NCBI GenBank assembly: GCA_023247195.1 | Contig: JAHFGY010000004.1 | Coordinates: 1-50,003 of the forward strand | Direction: 5' to 3' | DNA length: 50,003 bases | Origin: Candidatus Omnitrophota bacterium | GTDB lineage: Bacteria; Omnitrophota; Gorgyraeia; Aquiviventales; Aquiviventaceae | Part shown: positions 29,174-37,500 of the stretch, in pieces | How the letters are laid out: the number at the start of each line of letters is the position of its first letter | Position numbering within the stretch: position 1 is the first letter of the stretch | Translations under genes and position numbers: made by a program | The notes under the pieces: generated by a model | Told to the model about the DNA's origin: nothing | The model's input: only the letters and a program-made list of their open reading frames with translations | Database searches by the model: none

Positions 29174-30207
29174 TATTCGGATGTCCTCTTTCCCACGCGC
29201 GCGCTCTTCTGCGCTCGAATGCGCTCGCGCAGCTCGTCCGGCGTGACCGTGGCCACGCCTACCTTGCCCACGACCACGCCCGCGGCAAAGTTTGCCAACT
29301 GGGCGGCTACGGGCTTGGACGCGCCGCAGGCCAGGGCCAAGGTGTAGGTGCCGATCACGGTGTCGCCGGCGCCGGCCACGTCGAAAACCGCTTGCGCCAT
29401 GGTCGGAATCCACGTGCGGCGGCCGCCACGCTCGAACAAACAAATGCCATCTTCCCCGAGCGTAATGAGCAAGCTCTCGCAATCCAGCTTGCGCAAGATG
29501 ATCTCGCCCGCCTTGTCGATGTCAGCCTGCGTCTTGAGCTCGAACCCGGCCGCTTGCCCGGCCTCAAGCCGGTTCGGCGTGAGGCACGTGACGCGCTTAT
29601 ATAAGTGGAAATGCTCTTGTTTGGGATCAACGGTGATGATTTTCTTGTGCTTGCGCGCCAGAGGAATCACCGCGGCCAGCAATGCCCGGCTGATCACGCC
29701 CTTGTTGTAGTCTTCAAGGATGATAGCGTCCACGTCTTGGATGCGCTCGCGCACCTGATCCACCAGCCGATCGATCAAGTCGGCCGGCAGCGCGTCGGCT
29801 TGCTCGCGGTCCACGCGCACAACCTGCTGGTGGTGCGCGATCACGCGCGTCTTGACCGTGGTCGGACGGTCGGTGCGGATCATGGATGTGGCGTCGATCT
29901 GCCGCGACGCGAGCCCACCGATCAGCAGCTCGCCGTAACGGTCCGTGCCCACGGCGCCGACGACCGAAACCTGGCCGCCGAGCGCGCGGATGTTGTTCGC
30001 CACGTTCGCGGCGCCGCCCGGCATGGTGGACTCGGACTGCACCCAAACGACCGGCACCGGCGCCTCGGGGCTGATGCGGCTCACTTTGCCCCAGAGGAAC
30101 TCGTCGAGCATCATGTCGCCGATCACAAGGACGCGGGCCTTTTCAAAGCGCGCAAGCAAGCGATCCACGCCGGCTAGCGCGAGCGGCTTGGGCGAGGCGG
30201 CCATCAC
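29173..30207 (-). CDS. hldA: D-glycero-beta-D-manno-heptose-7-phosphate kinase (RfaE domain I, PfkB family)
   Basis: VLVIGDMMLDEFLWGKVSRISPEAPVPVV N-terminus and the C-terminal PfkB signature DVAGAGDTVIG. No adenylyltransferase domain is fused. Confidence 0.85.
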   Translation of the reverse strand: MMAASPKPLALAGVDRLLARFEKARVLVIGDMMLDEFLWGKVSRISPEAPVPVVWVQSESTMPGGAANVANNIRALGGQVSVVGAVGTDRYGELLIGGLASRQIDATSMIRTDRPTTVKTRVIAHHQQVVRVDREQADALPADLIDRLVDQVRERIQDVDAIILEDYNKGVISRALLAAVIPLARKHKKIITVDPKQEHFHLYKRVTCLTPNRLEAGQAAGFELKTQADIDKAGEIILRKLDCESLLITLGEDGICLFERGGRRTWIPTMAQAVFDVAGAGDTVIGTYTLALACGASKPVAAQLANFAAGVVVGKVGVATVTPDELRERIRAQKSARVGKRTSE

Positions 30208-31139
30208 AGCTGCTCCGCCACGGCGCGGATCAAGAGCGGTATCAAGATTTCGTGATGCCCGGTGATATGGATCCCGCGGCCACCCAAAAGCGTCGGGCGC
30301 TTGAGAACGTTCTCATGCGGGCGGTAATGCCGGATCATGTCGAAATCGAATGCGGTGAAGTCCTTGACGCTGCTGCCGAGGTTGCGCGCAATGGACACGG
30401 CTTTTAGGAACACCTCCGGCAGAATCACGGCCGAGCCCAGGTTTCCCACCACGCCGCCCTGCCCCAACTGCGAAACCACGCCGATCAAGGTGCGGAAGTC
30501 GTGCAGCGATGTTTGGCCGATGGCCGCGCCGTCCGCGGAAGATTGCTGGTGGATGATGTCCGTGCCGATCGCAACGTGCACGGTCGCGGGAACGTCCATT
30601 TCCACGCAAGTCGCAAGCAGGCTCAAGCGACGATACGGAAGCTTTTTCTTGATGATCATGTGCCCCACGCTGCGGCCAAGCCCCCAGCCTTTTTTCGCGC
30701 CGTCGCGGATCGCAGCATTAAGCGTGGCGTGCGTTTCTTCTGCCATACCGAAAGAGCCGTCGGCGAGCGCAGACGCCACATCCTCGGAGGTGCTTCCCAT
30801 GAACGCGAGCTCGAAATCATGGATAACGCCCGCGCCGTTGAGCGCGATGCCGGTCACGATCTTGCGCTTAATGAGGTCGGTGAGGAGGGGGCTGAGGCCT
30901 ACCTTAATAACGTGCGCGCCGAACATGAAAAGGACCGGCTTTTTCTGCTTATGCGCGGCCGCGATGGCTTCGACGATGTACCGCAAGTCTTTTGCGGCAA
31001 GGATATTCGGCAGGGATTCGTAGAATTCGCGGAAGGTTCCACCCTTACGGCAAGGCCTTGCAAAGCTATCAAAACTGACCTTGCTCTTCCTGGAAGCGAC
31101 CGGGTAGGTCTTGAGTTTTGCCAGGTCGGGCGTAGGCAC
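30204..31139 (-). CDS. Conserved hypothetical protein, tentatively deoxyhypusine-synthase-like (DHS-like NAD-binding fold)
   Basis: 311 aa. FMFGAHVIKVGLSPLLTDLIKRKIVTGIALNGAGVIHDFELAFMG and ...VPATVHVAIGTDIIHQ resemble, in spacing and pattern, the DHS family core (..ltsnlissGlr..i..li....vd.ivttaGa.eeDl...). This assignment is from memory only. The only available start is the GTG at 31139. There is a 4-nt overlap with hldA. Confidence 0.4.
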   Translation of the reverse strand: MPTPDLAKLKTYPVASRKSKVSFDSFARPCRKGGTFREFYESLPNILAAKDLRYIVEAIAAAHKQKKPVLFMFGAHVIKVGLSPLLTDLIKRKIVTGIALNGAGVIHDFELAFMGSTSEDVASALADGSFGMAEETHATLNAAIRDGAKKGWGLGRSVGHMIIKKKLPYRRLSLLATCVEMDVPATVHVAIGTDIIHQQSSADGAAIGQTSLHDFRTLIGVVSQLGQGGVVGNLGSAVILPEVFLKAVSIARNLGSSVKDFTAFDFDMIRHYRPHENVLKRPTLLGGRGIHITGHHEILIPLLIRAVAEQL

Positions 31140-31144
31140 GGCAA

Positions 31145-31173
31145 ATTCTAGCAGAGGCTTCCAGGAGTGTCAA
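31145..31173 (-). promoter_or_regulatory. Near-consensus sigma70 promoter positioned for a leaderless transcript of the DHS-like/heptose/Kdo operon
   Basis: The minus strand reads TTGACA (31173..31168), a 17-nt spacer, TAGAAT (31150..31145), then TTGCC and the GTG start codon (31139). Confidence 0.45.
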
Positions 31174-31229
31174 TTACACACTCGACGTGCCTGAAAGCGC
31201 TCCCTCCGCCTGACTTATATGGTATATTT

Positions 31230-31235
31230 TATAAT
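31230..31235 (+). promoter_or_regulatory. Candidate -10 box (TATAAT) for the giant-gene leader
   Basis: A perfect TATAAT lies in the AT-rich tract 31211..31247. I found no convincing -35 at 16-18 nt (the nearest TGACTT-like hexamer is too close). Confidence 0.3.
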
Positions 31236-31247
31236 CAATATGTAAGT

Positions 31248-31391
31248 ACCGCCAAAGGCAAACCTGCGGTAACGCAGGGACGTCCCGCAAGCTTTGCTTC
31301 GCAAAGCGGGCTCGCGGGACCCCGCACGAAACTTCGCGCGGTGAAGTCGCGGGGCAAAGCTTCGGATCCCTTCTATTCTATAGGGACTGCC
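31248..31391 (+). ncRNA. Structured 5' leader / candidate riboswitch (GEMM-I-like 5' half)
   Basis: AAAGGCAAACC (31254..31264) is followed by the hairpin CCUGCG-GUAA-CGCAGG (31263..31278) and then GACG. A long hairpin follows: GUCCCGC(31282-88)/GCGGGAC(31314-20), enclosing GCUUUGC-uuc-GCAAAGC (31291..31307). A further hairpin is CCCCGC(31320-25)/GCGGGG(31349-54), enclosing ACUUC/GAAGU. The CGCAAAGC octamer is at 31300..31307 and a second GCAAAGC at 31354..31360. Confidence 0.45.
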
Positions 31392-31419
31392 AGGCTGCCG
31401 AAAAACCGGCAGCCTTTTT
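31392..31419 (+). terminator. Intrinsic terminator-like hairpin 8 nt upstream of the giant-gene ATG (candidate attenuator / expression platform)
   Basis: AGGCUGCCG-aaaaac-CGGCAGCCU (a 9-bp GC-rich stem) followed by UUUU. The U-run is present only on the plus strand. No plus-strand gene lies upstream that it could terminate. Confidence 0.6.
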
Positions 31420-31427
31420 CCTATAAG

Positions 31428-31541
31428 ATGCTAACGACCTATCGAAGAACAGAATTCAGAAAATTTCTCAGCGTTGTCTTAGCGGGCGTCGTTGCGCTTT
31501 CCAACACGCCGCTTCTCCTCGCTGCGCCTTCATCCAGCAGC
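31428..31541 (+). other. Predicted N-terminal signal peptide or membrane anchor of the giant protein
   Basis: A basic n-region (RRTEFRK), a ~22-aa hydrophobic core (FLSVVLAGVVALSNTPLLLAA), then a Ser/Pro-rich stretch. Confidence 0.55.
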
Positions 31542-34500
31542 AGTCTGCTTGCGCCCAGTCCAGCCAGCCAACTGCCGGGCCTTGAGGTCGCTTCCCTGCT
31601 CGATGAATTAGACACCGCCTACGGTTTCCCGCAATACCAACTCACCAGCGATATCACGAGCAAGAAAACGACGCTGGCATTGCAATTCGATGCTAAAGGC
31701 CTTGCGGCTTTTCAGCAAAACTCCCGAGAGTCTACCGGCGCCCACCTAGGTCTGACCGCCCTTGTACTAGGCTTGGCGCGACAGTATGCCTGGCAGAATC
31801 ACGCGTTTGACGAAGTTATTCGGACGTACGCGCAGGATCGGCAAATGACCGCAGCGGAGACGCAACAACTGCTGGCGAACGAAGACATCCTGAGGCTTGT
31901 GCTCACACCCAATGCGTATCTGGAAATCCTCCAACAGGCTGTGGTGGATTCGGGTTTGTTTCAATGCATAGTAGCCGCTCCAGACGACACTCCACATGAC
32001 CAACTCACCGCTCTCCGTCGGACCCTCGCCGACGATCTGCGCGCTTTTTTTCCCGGCGCGACGGTGTCCGATAACTGGTATCGATTCGCCCCATCGCCGA
32101 ACAGGTCAACGGAAAATGAGCCGGCGATGCGATGGTCCGGTCGAGGACTCTCTCCCAAACAGCATGAGATCGTTGATACCGTCATTGGCGACTATTTTTC
32201 AGGCGAGCAGCCCGGCCCCCTAGCCACAGAGCTTGATCAACAATCTTACGAATACAGCTACCTGGATCCGGACGGAATACTTGCAGATGCCGGCGTGCGT
32301 ATTTTATTTCTTGAAGGCCTTCTGGAGCGCATCCGTGAGGCTTGCGAGGCGGAGGGAGAAGAATTTCCTGAAGACCTGGCCATTCACCCGGCCCGCCAAC
32401 ACCGGACGCTGCTGCTGGACCCGACTCAGCATGAAGCCATTGCAAGACAGCCTATTGAATGGCGCGGCCGGCTGGCCCGTCATGAGCTGGCGCACATTGA
32501 GCATCCGGAGCTGACCGAAGAGCAAATTCAAGCGGTAGCGGAATGGGCAATCGGAGAAACCGATCCCAATGCATCGATGAGCGCGGTGGAAATAAGCCGG
32601 TCAGAGGACTTTGCCGCCGCGATGCGGGGCGTACCGGGAGGCAGCTATTCAAATAGTCAGCTGGCGGCTGCAGCCGGAATCGCTCGAGGAACTTATTCGC
32701 GGGTGCTTGCTTCGGAAAAAATCCGCCGCATTCATCAGGAAAACGAGCGCCGCAAGCGCGAGCAAACCGGGCTCGCTCCAATTATTCTCATCGACGTAAG
32801 CAATGAAGAGCTCCGAGAACAAACGCTGCGGGCGATCGACGAGCACGTGTCCGATATTCCGCCCGGGGATCACTTTCTGACAGACCTAAGCTCGTACCTT
32901 CATATCACCGCCATGACGATACATAAGCACGAGGCTTATATTCTCGCAAAAATCGCGGAATTGAACGCGCAGAAGAAATTACGGGACGAGCCCACGATAA
33001 ACATTATTTCACGGGGCGTGGTATGGAGAGTTCAACAAGCGCTCCCTACGACGAAAGGTGGCTCCTACTATTGGACGCAGCTTGCTGATCTTTGGGGCAT
33101 CGGCTGGGTAAGCCTCCAGAACCATTTGAAAGAAATTGAAGATTTGCTGGCCGTTGAAAATGAGCGGCGGAAGGAGGATCCGAAGGCAGTTCCCATTGAA
33201 ATTTTAAAGGCACCTGCCGCGGGCAGCGTATTGCAGAGTTTTGCAGAGGGATTACCGAACGTGGATCCTGGGATTTACTCGTTGGGGCGGTTGGCCGAAT
33301 TGGCGGGCTCTAGCTACGAGGTGATTTACCAATATCGAGATGAAGCCGCCGAACTTGTTTCCGCCGAGAATATTCGCCGAAGCGGACTTGTCACCCCCAT
33401 ACGCCCTATTGAAATCCGAGAGCTCGGCGATATCTTGCCTCGTATCGCGGCAGCGCTTCCCGGCATCGCACCGGGTTCCTACAGCCTGACCGCCTTCGCA
33501 CAAGCGGTAGGCGTGAGCCAAACATCGATCACGACCAACCTCACCGAAGTACAGAATTTGCTCGCTGCCCACAATCACGCTCGATCCAGTGCGGCAATAT
33601 TCCTGGAATCTCCCGTGATTTTTGAGCGGCTTTTGCACGATTATGCACCGGCCTTGCAGGAAGGCTTGCTTAATGAGGATTGGCTGCGGCGAGCGTTCTC
33701 TGCCGGCCCTGCCGGCGTATCCGAGCTGCTGAGCGAGCTCACGGACAGCGGCACGGCGTCCTTATGCCGAGTGCTGGTTCTCGTTGAATTGTACCCCTTC
33801 CTATTTGAGCGGCTATACGTGGACATGGATGACACCCTCTTCACCTCTCCGCTATTCGTCGGCAGCGAAGCATGGATACGGAGCGAATACGCCCTGCATG
33901 GGCGGCCAATCAGCCATCTGAAGAATGAAAAACGGCGAATCGAAGGATGGTTGATCCACTCCGGCGTTCCGTTTCAGGCCGTTGAGCCTCTTGTGCCGGA
34001 AAAACTCCTGCAAATCCAGCAGCGCTACCCGCACATTCAGATCATTGGCCTGACGGCGCGGGGCCAAGAAGACAGGTCAAATACGGAGTCGATTCTCAAG
34101 CAATTGGGACTGAGCATCGAGATTTTATACGGCGGGTCAAGCTACGGCAAGCGCCAGCAATGGAATCAAGCACGTACGGCGGCCGGAAGGCTGCAGACAA
34201 GCGGCACCGCAAATGCGCAACCCGAATCAGAGTCAGACGAAACCGACTCCGACGAAGACCAAAGCGCGGCGCAACCGGAAGACACTACCAGCGGCCAAAA
34301 CGAGCAGGCGCGCCGATGGTGGGTGCTCCTCGATGACGGCCTGGACAGGCTGGCGAAAAAACCTCAGCGAGAGAGCTGGCTTGATGAGCAGATCGCTGCG
34401 GTGGGATACGCCCCTCCCATTCGTTATGACTGGAGCGCCTCTCGAGACCACATGCTTCAAGACCTCGAATCGGGCGACCTCATCTCCAGTTGGCGCTGGG

Positions 34501-37500
34501 CCATGGACGCTCTGGCGCTCCTCAAATATGAACCGGATACCCGCAGGCGCCTGGAAACGCTCGCTCAAATTCAGGCGCTGGTCGTTGAACCGGCCTTTGC
34601 CAGAATGCAGGCCGAGCAACCCCACCCCGATGAGGTCGAAGGCATCGACCGCTTGCTCGTTGGTTATGTCGAAGCGGTAACCGCGCTGCTCGCGCAAGGG
34701 CCCGCCGAGTTGGCTGAAACAGTCGGCATCGATTGGACGGAATATGTCGCCTATAGCGCCTTTCTTATCCTGATGCCGAATAACGCGGAAGATTTCACGA
34801 ACGCCTACATGAACGGGCTTCTTCCAATCCGCGAAGTTAGCCGCCAGAGCCGCGGGCTTCCGGAAGCAAACTACTTTATTGAGATGACGCCAGAGAACAT
34901 TTTCCTCTTCATGGAACCGCTGATCCGCTACCTGCGGACGGAGAAGCCGAGCCTCGTGGTACTCCCGGACACCGGCGCCCGCCCTTTTTTCGACCTGCTC
35001 AATAAGGTGATTGAAGCTGAGGGGCTCCCGACAAAATTGCTGATTTTTCCGATAAGCCGGAACACGGCCAGCGACACTCTCTATGAGCTCAAGCTTTGGA
35101 TGACCAGCCAGCAAACCCGCTTCACAAGATTATTCCAAGGCATCGATCCTTCGGGTGTGGCCGGAAAGGATGTCGTGATCTTGGATGACAACATTACTTC
35201 AGGCGAGACGATTCTCATGCTCCAAACGCTTCTTAAGGACGTGTGGGGTGCAGGGACGATCGTAGGACTCACGCCGTTTGCGTACAGGCGAGGTTACCCC
35301 TTCCCGTTTATCGCCACATGCGTCTTGCCGGCTCAAGGTTTTGCATGGAGGCGCCAAAACCCGCCCGTCGTGGTGATCACACCCTGGGAGAATTCCCCCA
35401 CGTTGCGCGGTGCGGCCAGCCGCTCGCGATTTGAACGGCCGCCCGTCAAGCTAATACAAAGCCCGAAAAACCAAGCCGCGGCCATTGAGCGTTTGCAACA
35501 ATTTATGGGGGCGTACGGGGCCTCGAATAGGGATTTGACACTGACGCTCAAAGAGACGGCGGAAGAGCCTTTCCCCTTTATGGAAATCGCTGGCTCTTCT
35601 CAGAGCGCGGAGCCGTCTCCGTCGGAAGCGGAAAGATCGGAATCGATCGTGGCTATCCCTATCTCCAACTCCGTGGAACTTCGTGAGCTTGGACGCCGGC
35701 TCCCCGGATGGGTTCGCACGGAGTATGCGCTCACAAAGGAAGAGTTGCCGCATGCCACGGAACCCGGAACCATGCTCTACGAGATCTGGGACAAACAAAC
35801 GGATGAGCCGCTCGGATTGTGCATTCTCCTATGGGTCTGGGATGAGAATAATAACCGCAATATCCTGATCCGGAAAATTCAGCCCCGGATAGATGCCGAT
35901 GATCGAGTGGATCCGGTCCAGCTCATCGAAGGCATCCGCAACTGGCTAGAGACCGAACCCATCGACCTGCACGCGCTCCTGATCGATGCGAACAGCATCA
36001 CAATGACCCGGGTCTCGGAGTCGCACCGGGTCCGGGCGCTGATCAATGACGCCTATGCCTCGCATCCCAGGGTGCGCGACCAATTGACAACCCAGGGCTA
36101 TGCGCATCCGTGGATAGGCCAAGCCAATGTTGTTTTCATAAAACGGCTCACGCCAGAAGAAAGAGCGCGGATAGCCGAAGGAAGGGCGCTGCTTGAAAAT
36201 ATCAGCCAATCGCGCTTGAACCGCATTCTTCACCCTGATTTGCTGTCGCAATTCAATGATGCGTCCATCCTTTTGAATAGCGGGCTTCCTCCCAGCGAGG
36301 AGGACCTTGCCCTTCTGCGCGTCTTGCAAAGGCATGACGCGCTGTTGCGATACGCGGCTTCCGCAGAAGCCAAGCGTAATCCTGAACAACTGGAACGATA
36401 CGGCACACGCATTCTTTATGACTCGCTTGTCGAGGCTTCAGAGCTTTCCGGCGAGCGCTTGAGCTTTCCGGAAGGCTTTTTTGAAGGGGATTACGGGCGG
36501 GTTCGAGCGGAGGAAGCATTCCTGTACTACATCCAAAATATTTGGGAGGACGGGTACCACCTCGGCCAATTGCGAACCGCGGATTTGCGCCAATACGGGC
36601 TGGGTCCCGCCCTACGGCTCCATTTCAATAATGACCGCGGAGCTCTGATCGAGTTTCTCTGCCCGGGAGGTTACGTCCAATCCGGAAAAAACCGGTACCG
36701 CCCAAATCCTGAACAAGAGGTGACATCCAGGATGTGGGCGCACTTCATGGCGGGCGAATGGTGGACGATCGCTCCCGGAGCGCGGTATACGCTCAAGGCA
36801 AATGACAAAGCGGGCGATCGCTATCGAGGCCTGGTAGCTTCATTCGAGGTGAACGCGAATCATGGGCCGATCGCGATCCTGCGGGATGTGGCCGGCGTTG
36901 AACACGCTATAGCGCATCAAGTTGACCAAAGTCACGTGGCTTCCACCTCGGTTCGTCTTGCGAAATATCGGCTATTCAAACGAAAATCCACCGCGGGACC
37001 GCTATTAGCCGCACTCAATATCCACCGTTGGCTGGCGGGCCACCACATCCAGGTTTCCGCGGAAATGCAGCCCGTCACAATGCCCTCTCAGCAGGTGAAC
37101 CAACTCATGAGGTGGCGATCCGTCAAGGGCGTCAATAAACTCTATAATCCCGCCGTTAGTCTGGTGCCCGAGCAAGATCCAGCCTTGGGAACGGTTTTGA
37201 GAATTTATGCGCCTCAGCCCGGTAAGGAACTTGCCGAAGCAGACTTGGTCGGTATCTGTTTCCGCGACTCGAATGGAGTGATCATCTATGAAACCCTCGC
37301 GGAACAACTGGGGGCGGTTGATATCGACGCCTGGATTCGCGGGCTACCTGTCACTCCCCTGGCGCGCAGCGGCAATTTCTTTCGACTGAGCCAAACCGGT
37401 CAACTACTCGCTCAGCTTCCGGGGAATCGGAAAAGCCGTCCGGTTTCCGTGGATAGCAGCTATGCCAATCAAATCGTTTTTGCCCGCCTTGAAAATCATG

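Noticed and set aside
28424-29482. Long N-terminal extensions of track ORFs: kdsB to 29482, kdsA to 26907, kdsD to 26035, scpA to 2910, pheA to 1151, rimP to 7674.
   Set aside because: The extensions overlap the upstream gene, or a terminator in the case of rimP, and are Arg/Pro/Gly-rich nonsense. Internal ATGs give canonical family N-termini and classic ATGA/TAATG coupling overlaps.
31167-31427. Upstream extension of the giant ORF (track start GTG at 31167, another GTG at 31341).
   Set aside because: This stretch contains the -35 of the divergent promoter, an AT-rich tract with TATAAT, several stable RNA hairpins and a terminator-like hairpin. The signal-peptide-like sequence begins exactly at the ATG at 31428. 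Open frame here is easily explained by GC-rich hairpin sequence. The start remains unproven because no SD precedes 31428.
34233-35114. A 293-aa minus-strand ORF (and many smaller ones) inside the giant gene.
   Set aside because: It is antisense to a region with clear plus-strand coding signal, including the PRTase motif region. It has no recognisable motifs, and the other small minus-strand ORFs here are short and scattered.
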